A stretch of 64,000 bases of DNA from Octopus sinensis (taxonomy: Eukaryota), in the NCBI RefSeq assembly GCF_006345805.1, contig NC_043000.1, forward strand, positions 140,988,001 to 141,052,000. The letters are read 5' to 3'. Under the pieces are notes generated by a model. It saw only the letters and a program-made list of their open reading frames with translations. It was not told where the DNA came from and did no database searches. Position 1 is the stretch's first letter, and every line of letters begins with the position of its first letter. Positions 25,095 to 37,342 of the stretch are shown here, piece by piece. Made by a program: the position numbers and the translations under genes.

Positions 25095-26384
25095 ATCGTT
25101 TGTTTTTCGTCCGCCGCTATAAAGGCTTCTTCCAATGCGCCAGAGAAAAAATTTGTTTGCTTGTTATCAGTCGTAAGACACTTGTTGTTTTCACCGTTAA
25201 TGCTTCTGTATTTCATGTTTCTGTATTCCATTATTGTTTTTTTGTTTTTTTGTTTTTTTTTTATATCTGTCCTTTTGCTGTCCTGCTGTTCGTATGCATT
25301 CGATCCTTTTCCAGGAAATCTACGCTTCCAGCTTAGTTTTTCTAATGCTCGTTGCTTAGTTTTTTCTTGGAGGGCTGGCCGTGATCTAGTAATCTCAAGA
25401 TTAATCAGCCGAAATTACTACGATGATCCGGTTCTTGACTGAAGACTGAGGGTTTCGAGTGTCCTGTCCGTGTTATTGTGTCGTCTTCTAAGAGTTATAC
25501 GTTCTTGTCCATGTTGTATTTTTCTACATACCTTAACATATATTCCAGGCGCCCCGTACCCCCCTTATCATTAATGTGAGCACATATTCTTAATAATTGG
25601 TACGACTCTCTGTTTGTCTCTCTCTCTCTCTCATTTTTACTTGATCTGTCCCCTCTCTCTCTTTCTCTCTACTCATCCTCTTTTTCTCTTCTCTTTCTCT
25701 GATTCTTTGGTCTAGTCTTCCACTACCCTCCTATTTCTTTGTCTCGCTCTGCACTCACAGGTCATTCTTCGACACCCATCCCTTCTCCTCTCTGATTCCT
25801 TCTTTCTCTCTCTTCTCCCTCTTTGTTGCGTTTGTCCCTCCTCTCTCTCTCTCTTCCTTTGCTTCTTTCTTTTCTTTTCCCTCTTCTCTGTCACGTGACT
25901 GTTGGCCGAAATCTGCCTTTCAGCTCCTGACCCTCGTCGTGTCAACATCGTTGTTTTTCGTCCGCCGCTATAAAGGCTTCTTCCAATGCGCCAGAGAAAA
26001 AATTTGTTTGCTTGTTATCAGTCGTAAGACACTTGTTGTTTTCACCGTTAATGCTTTGTATTTCATGTTTCTGTATTCCATTATTGTTTTGTGTTTTTTT
26101 GTTTTTTTTTTATCTGTCCCTTTTGCTGTCCTGGTGTTCGTATGCATTCGATCCTTCTTCCAGGAAATCTACGCTTCCAGCTTAGTTTTTCTAATGCTCG
26201 TTGCTAGTTTTTCTTGGAGGGCTGACCGTGATCTAGTAATCTCAAGATTAATCAGCCGAAATTACTACGATGATCCGGTTCTTGACTGAAGACTGAGGGT
26301 TTCGAGTGTCCTGTCCGTGTTTATTGTGTCGTCTTCTAAGAGTTTTACGTTCTTGTCCATGTTGTAGTTTTCTACATACCTTAA
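25095..26384 (-). mobile_element. Non-autonomous Penelope-like element: two ~440-bp direct repeats (pLTR-like) around a ~410-bp spacer
   Basis: 25095-25536 matches 25947-26384; minus frame HGQERKTLRRRHNKHGQDTRNPQSSVKNRI resembles the second half of a GIY-YIG domain; atatgtgtgtgtgcagatatata on both outer flanks. Confidence 0.7.
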
Positions 26385-27244
26385 TATATATATATATATA
26401 TATATATACATATGTGTGTGTGCAGATATATATATATATATATATATATTGGCATGGGGAAAAATGCAAAGTTACAAACTTATGTTTTCACATAAAAAAA
26501 TGCTTTCAAATAAAAGATGTTTAGGGCCATAAAAAATAAAAATTTGTAGATGTTATCAAAAGTGAGTTTTCCTAGGAACAAAAAATAGAAACATAAGTAA
26601 ATTATATTTTTTGTCACTGGTTTCCACTGTTCACTGTCTATCAATATTTACCATATATTCTTCAATTCAAATTTTAGCCTATATAGTCGATAAAACTCAT
26701 GGGATCAATTTCAAATAGAAATGTCACTTAAGTTGATTTGAAGATAGGGGATATAGCTGTTAGTGTGTTTCATGTATGCATGTGTGTGTGTGTGTAGGAG
26801 AAGAAATTTAGCTAAACATAAGTTCATATCATTTGTTCCCTATGTACTGTTGTGGTTTGTTGCGATCTCTGCATTGAAGGGTTCTGAGTGCAACTGGTTC
26901 CTAAAATACAACAAATCACCAGGGAAGTGTTAATATAAACTTGTGTTTATAACAAATGATACAAACTTGTGTTTATCATAATTTTTCTTACATTTGCTCA
27001 GTGTACCATAACCAGTAATATTGATAAATACAGTTATAACCAAGCCACTATACTGGAAGAAGACTGGGCGATAATATTGTATGTGGAACTCTAAACTGAT
27101 CTGTAACAGTTGTCCATACAACTGACTCATCAACGGTAGGGTGTTACACACGATGAATGTTGGACACCATCTGACAACATCAGTTCCTCCTGGTCACGGA
27201 TCCATTCACTTTGGTGAATGGAAGAAGCATATCCTTGTAAGTAT

Positions 27245-28064
27245 TCTTAACATATGTAGATATATATAAGTATATGCAAGTGTATATATATATATATATG
27301 CATGTATATGTGTGTGTATATATATATGCATATATATATATGCATGTATATGTGTGTGTATATATATATATGCATGTATATGTGTTATATATATATATAT
27401 GCGTATATGTATGTAATATATGTATATACATATGTATATGCATGTATATAATATGTATATGCATGTATATATATGTATATGCATATATATATATATGTAT
27501 GCATATATATATATATGTAATGCATATATATATATATGTATATGCATATATATATATATATGCATATATATATATATATGCATTATATATATATATGTAT
27601 ATGCATATATATATATATGTAATGCATATATATTATATATGTATATGCATATATATATATATATGTATATGCATATATATATATATGTATATGCATATAT
27701 ATATATATATGTATATGCATATATAATATATATATATGTATATGCATATATATATAATATATATGTATATGCATATATAGTATATATGTATATGCATATA
27801 TATATATATATGTATATGCATATATATAATATGTATATGCATATATATATATATAATATGTATATATATATATATGTATATGCATATATATATATTGTAT
27901 ATGCATATATATATATATGTATATGCATATATATATATATATGTATATGCATATATATAATTATATGTATATGCATATATATATATATATGTATATGCAT
28001 ATATATATATATATATATATATACTAAATATATATAGTATATATATATACATATATATATAATA

Positions 28065-28099
<35 letters not shown>

Positions 28100-28110
28100 A
28101 TAGATTATAT
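27245..28110. repeat. ~860-bp compound (TA)n array with recurring TATATGTATATGCA punctuation
   Basis: Direct reading. Confidence 0.95.
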
Positions 28111-28244
28111 AGGGCATTTTTACATACATGCCAGAAGGCATTATACATACATGCCACACGCTAAGAAGGACAATTAGTATTCTACCAAAAATATTACTAA
28201 TCCCACCGAATGCAATTTTTCAAAGTAAGACGTTTAAAAAATAT

Positions 28245-28292
28245 AGACCTGTATCACAGGCATTTCATACTTACGTATTCATCAGCAGGCCT
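28245..28292 (-). ncRNA. Mirror copy of the 28895 hammerhead with an altered helix III
   Basis: Core and helices I and II identical; GAAAUGCCUGUGAUA instead of GAAAUCACUGUGAUA. Confidence 0.7.
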
Positions 28293-28894
28293 GAATGTAT
28301 TATAAATAAACAACGACCTGCCCCGCTTAAGCCGATCAGCTAACTGATCAACATCAACGAAGCACATGGGTGTGTTTACATATATTACATCCGGATAAAT
28401 GGCAAACTTTTACGAATCGCATTTCGGGAGAGAAAAGTTTTTTCGGAAAATAAAAATTTAGCAATTAAGACAACTACTTAATGCAGAAAACTTAACAAGA
28501 AATTGTCAGGTAGATAGCGTGAAAAACCTCATAAGAGAAAAAAATTTCGAAAAAATTATTTCTTATTGAACATATTAATTTATATATAGAGGGCATTATA
28601 CATACATATATAAATTAATGTTCAATAAGAAATAATTATTTTCGAAATTTTTTCTCTTATGAGGTTTTTCACGCTATCTACCGACATTTTCTTGTTAAGT
28701 TTTCCTTATTAAGTAGTTGTCCTTAATTGAAAATTTTATTCCGAAAAAACTTTTCTCTCCCGAAATGCATTCGTAAAAGTTTAGCCATTATCCGGATGTA
28801 AATATATGTAAACTCACCCATGTGCTTCGTTGATGTTGATCAGTTAGCTGATCGGCCTTAAGCGGGGCAGGGTCGTGTTATTTATAATAACATC

Positions 28895-28942
28895 AGGCCT
28901 GCTGATGAATACGTAAGTATGAAATCACTGTGATACAGGTCT
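28895..28942 (+). ncRNA. Canonical type I hammerhead ribozyme
   Basis: AGGCCUG-CUGAUGA-AUAC(GUAA)GUAU-GAA-AUCA(CUG)UGAU-A-CAGGUCU; predicted cleavage 3' of 28935. Confidence 0.88.
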
Positions 28943-29074
28943 ATATTTTTTTAAACGTCTTACTTGAAAATTGCATTCGGTGGGATTAGTAATATTTTTG
29001 GTAGAAAATGACTAATTGTCCCTCTTAGCGTGTGGCATGTATGTATAATGCCCTTCTGGCATGTATGCTAAATT

Positions 29075-29105
<31 letters not shown>

Positions 29106-29437
29106 GTATATGCATGTGTTAGTTTTCTCACAGCCTCACAAGATGTATTTTATGGATAAATAAAACTTGGGGAAGGTGGTTCATTCTTATTGTATGTCAT
29201 CTTTACATGATCATGCATCTTGAAAGAAATGGCAATGAAATTTCTTCAGATGCACCTTCCCATTTTGAAAATAGAAAGACACATTGTATAATACAGTACT
29301 AAAATTATTGTTGGTCAGCTTAACTGGGGAAGACCTGAGAAGAAACAGTATACACACACATAGACATGTATATATAGATACGCAAACACATGCATATATA
29401 GACACACACACATGTATATATAGATACACACACACAT

Positions 29438-29468
<31 letters not shown>

Positions 29469-29469
<1 letters not shown>

Positions 29470-29850
29470 TAAATTAGAGACAAAACCACTATTATGCAAA
29501 TCAAACAAAGAAAGACTTAAGCCAATACATAAAATAATTTATATAAATTAAAATTTAACAATTAAATAACCACTACGATCGTTTCATAGTTTAAAATCAA
29601 GCCAATACATAAATAATTTATATAAATTAAAATTTAACAATTATAAATAACCACTACGATCGTTCATAGTTTAAAAATCGCCAAGAAGGTTTTGAGACCA
29701 CCTGAAGAATGTCTCAAAGATGTGCTGACATGAAACGATCGTAGTGGTTATTTATAATTGTTAAATTTTAATTTATATAAATTATTTTATGTATTGGCTT
29801 AAGTCTTTCTTTCTTTGATTTGCATAATAGTGGTTTTGTCTCTAATTTAA
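29469..29850 (+). mobile_element. Foldback element (~120-bp arms) with hammerhead, Penelope-derived
   Basis: Left arm (with an internal ~78-bp tandem duplication) is the reverse complement of 29730-29850. Confidence 0.8.
29697..29748 (+). ncRNA. Minimal type I hammerhead ribozyme
   Basis: ACCAC-CUGAAGA-AUGUC...GACAU-GAA-AC(GAUC)GU-A-GUGGU; palindromic helix III; predicted cleavage 3' of 29743. Confidence 0.85.
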
Positions 29851-29983
29851 TATAATATAATATTTTACTATAAAATTGGATTCAATCCTAAATCTGATTT
29901 TCCCCTGTAAATTGGATTTATTCCCTAATATTTATTATATATTATTATTAGATATATTATATATATATATATATTATATATAT

Positions 29984-30015
<32 letters not shown>

Positions 30016-30074
30016 CACAGTACTGCCAAGACCATCAGATACTGTTATAAACGACTGGTCATTATTCAATTTTC

Positions 30075-30330
30075 AATTCTGTTCTGATTGTGCCATTCTT
30101 TTCCATCTCGGCATAAATTGTGTAATTAAATCACTTTCCCCATCATTGTGGAGACCTGTACAATGGCCTTTTCTGATCTCTTGGATATTGCTTTGCAGCA
30201 GCATGTGTCCACCTGTTGTCTGTGAATTCGGTGACATGTCTGACCTAACAGAACTTGCCCTCTTGGTATTCTGCAATCGCATACATCGCTCCATTCCATT
30301 CCCAAATTATCTCATTCTGAATATGCTCTC
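30075..30330 (-). mobile_element. RTE/RTE-X-like LINE 3' ORF fragment
   Basis: VRHVTEFTDNRWTHAAAKQYPRDQKRPLYRSPQ*W resembles the GHV.R.TDNRW...YPRD.KRP.GRP..RW thumb motif. Confidence 0.7.
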
Positions 30331-31661
30331 ATAAAGATATATATATATATATATATATATATTTATTACGTTAGTTATTTTCAAATTAGCACACCTTATT
30401 TATTATTTGGTAAATAATTACAGACGTTTAACCAGTTTTCAAGTTCTCACAACATAGAAAGTAAGCTAAAACAAGTAAATGAGTAACCTCTCTCCCGCTT
30501 CACTCTTCCAATAAAATAGTTTCTTTGAAGAAGATTTCTATAATATTTATAATTAGGACTACGTTTGATGTACACTCTCTCTCTCTTTCATTTCATTACA
30601 TAATCAGAAGAACTATTTGACCCAATATTAACTAAACACTTAAGGAATAAAAAACAAAATAGATTTTTTATGTACCTATTTCGTCAGTATTTTTAATGTA
30701 TTTCGTGTTACTAACTCTTTCTGCTATCAATATATGAAAGAAATCATATGTTGCAATGTAAATATGTGTGGGAAAATATTGCACTTGGTTGTTTTTATAA
30801 TTTTTTATTTTTTCAAAACTGACTTCATTTATTATATAAACCATATTTTGATGGCTTTTTTTTTCTTTGCATAACTGATTATATTGTTTGTATAACATAT
30901 AGCTCCCTCTCCCACATGTATGTGTATACATATATATATATATATATATAATATATATATATATAACTCAAATGAATGAGCAAATGAACAGGAGTAGCAC
31001 CCTGCACATATCATTGAAGCTGGAGTTCCTTACTCTCTCTTTCTCTCCATATATATGTGTGTGTATATATATATATATATGTGGGGTGTAATATATATAT
31101 ATATATATACATACATATGTATACATAAAGTTAATCCAAACAAGAAAACACAAAAAAACACAACGCAAGGACGTGGAACAAATCTAGTATTATTGAACGC
31201 TCAGGAAAGAAGAGGGTTTAACGTTTCGAGCGGAGCTCTTTGTCGAAACATAGGAGAATGAAAGATCCAGAGAGGGAAGACAGAGGAAAAAAAAATCGCC
31301 AACGGTATACACGAGGTCACATTTATATATACATATATATACATATAGATATGTATATATATACATATATATACATGCATGTTTATATATGTGTGTGTGT
31401 GTACATATATATAAGAAAATATATATATGCACACACAAGTCTATAGTTGAAATTTATAGAAAAACAAAAGACGGAGACAGGTGTATGAATGACAAGCAAT
31501 TGTATTAGTTTGATGCTTGGGAAAATGTAAAAGTCGTTTACATTTCCAGCCTATGCCCTTCAACAGAAAGGAATAAGAGAAAATAGAGAGAGAATGAAAA
31601 TAAGACTTGTAGATTTCAGCATGCTTTACATGCTGGACTGCTGGACACATATACATGTATA

Positions 31662-31711
<50 letters not shown>

Positions 31712-31859
31712 CACACACACATGCAGGAAGTAAACAGACACATTTAATTTTCAAAATTTCTGATCTAATCGTCTTAATATGATTTCAGTGATGTAGAATT
31801 TACAATTTAATTATTCTTTTTAATTCCAGGTCCCATTATATTAAACATTTGTGAAGAGT

Positions 31860-32630
31860 AACCATGCCACACACAAAAATTCAGCAAAACTGTCAGATTT
31901 TCAAAGAGCTCATATTGTTGGGCAATCTGAGGCTAGTCTTAGCCAGCGAAAAATTGCCAAAAATCTTCAAATTCCTTTTGATGCTGTTAATAGAATTATA
32001 GTGCAATTCAAAAACCAAGGAAAAGAATCAACAGATTCTCATCCCAGCTGACCTGGGCACTCGGAAAGGAAACTTTGCTGTTTGAAGAGAATTGTGAAAA
32101 CAAACACCGTTCGAAGGCTTCTGACATTGCAAAACAAATAGAAGTTAGTCCAAGAACGTGTGTTACATATCTGCATAAGCTTGGATATTATGGAAGAGCC
32201 ACTAGAAGAAAACCTCTCCTTCAGCCAATTAATATCATGAAAAGAAAGAAATGGGCTAAAGAGAAATCAGAAAAATCCAGTTCATTTTTGGATAGAGTGA
32301 TTTTCTCAGATGAATCCAGATTTGCATTATTTTCAGACAGTGGACACGTTTGGATCAAGAATTTCATTTGAAACAACTCCAACCAACTGTGAAACACGGC
32401 AGTATCTCCGTAATGGTATGGAGAGCTGTCACCAGCAAGGGTCATTCTGAGCTGATCGAATGTGTTGGAACCATAAACTGTGAAATATTCATCGAAATAC
32501 TTAAGGAAAGACTACTTCCTATGTATTCCCATGATAACATAATGAAAAATGAGTTTTTATTCATATAAGATGAGGCTCCATGCCACACAGCATATAGAAA
32601 ATCAACAATGGCTGACTGAAAATGGGATCA
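31860..32630 (+). mobile_element. Tc1-like transposase remnant
   Basis: LSDFQRAHIVG..., RRKPLL, VIFSDESRF, TVKHGSISVMVW, FI*DEAPCH; several frameshifts. Confidence 0.9.
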
Positions 32631-33599
32631 AAATATAAATGAGCATGTCTAGATATGTAACTATATGCATGAGAATACATACATAAAACTTACAAATCTG
32701 CACATACATTCATTCATTCATACATACATACGTACGTACATACATACATACATAGATACATACAAAAACACCCTGTTGTTGATGTTGAAATTCCAATGAT
32801 GGAACCTTAGATCTAGGTTAGAAACCGGTTCTTTCTCTGTTGGCAAGAAATTTTGAAATAGACTGAATAATGACATACATATATACATACATATTCAAAT
32901 ACCTTGTTGAATAAAATGTACCCTTTTTAAAGAAGTAAACAATAAAAGAGAATAAGTTTTTATCCTGTTTTGTGATTATTGATAAAAATGTTGGTCTTTG
33001 TAGCTTCAATAGTTTTATTTCTGATATACAGAAGGGAAGATTCAACCAATCAATCAATGAAGTAAACAGATTAGAATTTATATGTGAGATTAGAATTTAT
33101 ATGAAATTATTACTAAGAATAGATTTAGTGAGGTGAGCATGATTCTAAAACTTGATTGTAATAGTAGATGAATGATTGGTTTAAGACAACAATGGTGTCA
33201 TAAACCATGTTGGTGTGTAAGATATTTGATGTTGACAATATTAGAGTTGTTACTTTTAGCTTAATGTCGGCTCAAGACAAGCTTACTGTGCATTCCAGAA
33301 AAAGACTGTCCCAACTTTTTCATTGGATCTGTACTGCCAGAACTGTACTATCCAATGTATTTTCTTTATCTGACAGATATTTGAGGGGGACTAGGCTACT
33401 TTTACTTGCTGACGAAGAGACTGTGTTGAGGTTCCCTAATTGATGGAGGTAAAGTAGTTAAGTTTTGTTGTAGCTGTAATTGTTGCTTACATTTAACACT
33501 GACTAAACAGGAAAACATTAAAACTCTGACTGTTTTCTGTTTCTAAAGATATGTCAAACTTCATAATGTAATGTATTTTGGATTCTTACTAAAGATAGA

Positions 33600-34200
33600 T
33601 GTCTTTATTGGCCATGCAGGGCTGAACACAGAAGAGACAAAATACAAAGTAGAACTTTTCCTTTTGGGACGAAGAGGGGGAAAAAAATGGTCAAAGACTG
33701 ATCAAAGGGGATCATGAAAAGAAAAATGGACTGGTGCCGATCAATAGGGATCGTGTATCACAGAAATGTTAATGTAAAAATGGAAAACAGATTAGGTTTG
33801 TCCGTGGATAGAAAAGCCAATGGAAAAGACAACAGGAACCCTCACTAGACAAAACTTCCCTCTCTACTCTCACCTTCCTCTCCAAGTGATACTTGAAGAA
33901 GTTGATGAGAGATTACCAGAGAGGAAAGTGTTTGTCTCTAGACCTTTCAGACGTGTCCACTATACACATTCTTTCACCATAGCCATAAGTACGATGAAAA
34001 TGGCTCTTCCTTCCCGTTTCAAGGAAGGAGGTGCTACAAGATACTAAGGACTTATTTGAGGGAGCTGTGGCAGCTATCCGTAGAGTAATCATTATTTAAG
34101 TGTGATGAGGCAGCTATCCACAGCAGATCAAATGGCGGCCTTATAGAGTCTTCTTTGTTCAAGAAGTGAAATAGCAAAGTAATTTTAGATGTTGAATTAG
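33600..34200 (-). mobile_element. L1/Tx1-clade LINE 3' fragment (related to 21397-22084)
   Basis: MVKECV*WTRLKG and LINFFKYHLERKVRVEREVLS; AATAAA near the 3' end. Confidence 0.75.
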
Positions 34201-34849
34201 TGAACTGGTGTAATTTAGAGAATATTTAGCAGCTACTTTGAACAGGTTGAGTAACTGTTTAAATACTTGAAAAATAAAATATTCATTTCCCTTTCTCCAT
34301 CATCTCCTTCATCTACTATGAAATTATATGCATTAAAACTCAAATAATTCATATACATCTAGCTGGGTGTCTTAAAGAATACAATTTCCTACTTGATAAT
34401 AAGAGAAGAAATTAATATCATTAAATAATATCAATTTCAACCAGTGGTCAGCATACTTAAAAAAATGTCTGAAGGCTGTGAATTCTATTTGAATATAAAC
34501 AATAGGAGAGACCACTAAGTGGATCCCTTGTATGCTAAAAATAGATGTCAATCTGTCTTACAACAAAATCTGTGTTCTCAAATTAGCAAGACGCTAGATG
34601 TTTACTAGCTAGACAAATGAAAAGAAATAAACATAGCACTTAATTCCATTCCTTAAGGTTTCGACATGAACAGTTCAATAATTATCTGTCTCTCCTCAGT
34701 GAAATCGATGCTGACACAACAATGGATTTGGACACCACCCATCTCCGTGAGAGGATACGAATGTATAGAGTTCCAATACAATGTATTTTAATTTCAATTC
34801 AAATGCCCTCATACTAGCTCGCTAATTTCCTACTTGCTTTTCTGTTTGG

Positions 34850-35095
34850 TGTGCACTCTTTACTCTTTTACTTGTTTCAGTCATTGACTCAAACGATGTT
34901 GGGGGATAAACACACACACACACATATATACGTATATACGATGGGCTTCTTTCAGTTTCCGTCTACCAAATCCACTCCAAGGCTTTGGTCAGCCCGAGGC
35001 TATAGTAGAAGACACTTGCCCAAGGTGCCACACAGTGGGATTGAACCCGGAACCATGTGGCTGGTAAGCAAGCTACTTAACACACAGTCACTCCT
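34850..35095 (-). mobile_element. Family A SINE (internally deleted)
   Basis: Tail ttactcttttacttgtttcag through head cacacagtcactcctgc. Confidence 0.8.
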
Positions 35096-36940
35096 GCTAG
35101 AAATATTCATGTAAAAATGTCCAAACTTCTGTATCTAATCCATGTTAGTTTCATAAAAAACGAAAATGAAAATTCTATAAATATTATTTATCTCTTGTTT
35201 TGGTTGCTACTGTTGCTGTTGTAGGTTATGTTGTTATTCATACTAATTTGTCACAATCTGCTCTTTTCCTTGAGCAGACTTTTTAATTTTGGTTTTCCTG
35301 CTGTTGCAATCATATTATTTTTCAGTATCTCAAACTACAATTTCTGATACTATCTTCCTTCTTGTTAAGATGATTGAGTGTAATTTGAAGAATATTTGGC
35401 AGCTATTTTGAACAGGTTGAGCAGCTATTTAAATACTTGCAAAATAAGCTATTCCTTCCTCCTTCTCCATCCTTCGACATTTCAGTTATCTCCTTCATCT
35501 CTTCTACATAATTATATACATTATGACTCAAATAATTACTGTGAATATCTTATAATTCATTTGAGGTTAAATATAGATATACGATAGAGGAGATGAACAA
35601 GGCTTGATTTGCAAGAAAATTTTTTTAAAATCATCTGCTTTCATCACCTTCCGTGCAGGCTAGGCCACACCATCAGAGTAACAACTATTCAAGATATAAA
35701 GCAATAACAGATAAATGAATAGTAGCAGTTAAATATTTATTAAAGTGTTCATTCATAAAAATAGCCCCCCCCACCAAAAAAAAAAGAAAGGAAAAATCAT
35801 ATTTTATACACTGTTAAAAATATTGTTATTTTTAACGTTTATTTGCTGTTTTTTGTTTTCTTTCATTTTTTTGCGACCTCAGGTCAAATTTTTGTAAATG
35901 GTCTGCGTAACGAGGCATTCCTTCATAAAACTTGACAATATCTCATTAATCTATTATTTTTGTGGTCCAATTAAATACATTCTGCTATTACTGATAAGAA
36001 AAAGCAAAACAAAATAAAATCAAGGCAACAAAAATGCTAATATTGTTACCTCTCTAGATATTTGGAATTACTTTTCATTTTAATCTGTCATAATATATTT
36101 TGATGTGATATACACTTGTGTGTGTGTGTGTGTGTGTGTGTGAATCTACGTCTCTCTTTATCTATCTATCAATCAATCTATCAATCAAACAATCTATCTA
36201 TCAATCTATCTGTCTGTCTGTCTGTTTGTCTTCATCATCATCAATTAACATCCATTTCAATGCTCGCATGCGTTGGACAGTTCAACAGGAGCCAAAATAT
36301 CAGAGGACTGCTCTAAGTTCCAATATCTTCTTTGGCCTGGTTTCTACAACCAGATATTCTTCCCAATGCCAACCATTTTACAGAGGCTATAAGGTGCTTT
36401 TTCATGGCAGTAGTGCTAGTGAGGTCAACATATAACTTAAGACAAGGACCCCCAGCTAGGTGGGAGTGTAGTATTGGAGGAGGGAGTTTTATACTAGATG
36501 ATGAGGTTAAAGTATGATAGAAGGACAGAACAGATGCTTTGTTGTAGAGAAATATGATGGTGATGAAGCATCAGAGTGTACCCTCAAGTTACAGCAAAAT
36601 GAATATAAGATGAATTGAACAGAGGATCAGACAGGGTAGCTGACTTGATAAGTTTCTGAGAATATGAAAAGACAGTGACAGATGATAGAGATAGGGATGA
36701 AGGTGAATGCAGTGAATGATGAACATGAGTGCAGACATGATCAGTGGTAAGAGTATGGTGGAAATTCGGGTAATAGGCACAAATGATGTGAATTATTGGG
36801 TAGGAGGTGTGAGTGAGATACACACTTTGCAAGGGACAAAGACATGGGGTTACAAGGGTAGAAATAGTAGGTGATAAAGAGTGGTACAGGAATGGAATTA
36901 GCAGAATGAGAGTGTGAAAAGAGGGAAGGGTGAAATGGCT

Positions 36941-37073
36941 TATTTACATTCAACGGATATTTGTCCTCATCTAGTTTGTTAAGACAACGTTTCGGCTGAT
37001 ATACCCTCCAGCCTTCTTCAGGTGTCTTGGGGAAATTTAGAACCTGGGTTCTCATTCGTAAGGTATTTTTTGA

Positions 37074-37119
<46 letters not shown>

Positions 37120-37342
37120 GTTGTTGTTGTTATTATTGTTAGTGTTCAGGTCACTGCTTGTAATCGAACTCGGAATCTTGGGGTTAGTAGCTCGCACTCT
37201 TAACCACTATGCCATATGCCCGTGGCATACTGGCATGTTGTTGTGTTAACAACAAACAAGATGAGGACAAATATCCGTTGAATGTAAATAATGTAAATAG
37301 CGTAAATAATGTACATAATTCCTCATCTCTTAAATATAGAAC
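36941..37342 (-). mobile_element. Composite element: tRNA-like head, (TAA)n, hammerhead-bearing tail, plus an upstream inverted tail copy
   Basis: A box TGGCATAGTGG (37214-37204), B-box-like GAGTTCGATTA (37171-37161), (AAT)n 37078-37138, HHR 37028-36981; 36941-36980 is 39/40 identical to the reverse complement of 37251-37290. Confidence 0.75.
36981..37028 (-). ncRNA. Minimal hammerhead variant (extra A after A9; ACGU-type helix III)
   Basis: AAGACAC-CUGAAGA-A-GGCUG(GAGGGUAUAU)CAGCC-GAAACGU-U-GUCUU; helix I register looks shifted by 2 nt in this copy. Confidence 0.6.

Larger units (their letters stand above)
28111..29075. mobile_element. ~965-bp foldback (two inverted ~470-bp copies) carrying a hammerhead in each arm
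   Basis: 28111-28588 is the reverse complement of ~28608-29075; apex contains agggcattatacatacat, an inverted copy of the tail end. Confidence 0.85.

Noticed and set aside
27180-28159. Long ORFs rich in Y/I/M/H/C (up to 317 aa), and similar ones at 206, 1895, 18270, 40206 and 57045
   Set aside because: Translations of (TA)n/(TG)n microsatellites, which lack stop codons by composition.
28590-29054. MITE interpretation with 18-bp TIR agggcattatacatacat
   Set aside because: The repeat is better explained as an inverted tail copy of an HHR element; no consistent TSD.
22124-29850. CRISPR-like or spacer array interpretation of the local repeats
   Set aside because: Eukaryotic context; repeats are not short, regularly spaced units separated by unique spacers.
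37150-37225. tRNA gene calls at SINE heads (also 1341, 17480, 46240, 50085)
   Set aside because: A/B boxes are present but no complete cloverleaf; each continues into repeat body sequence.
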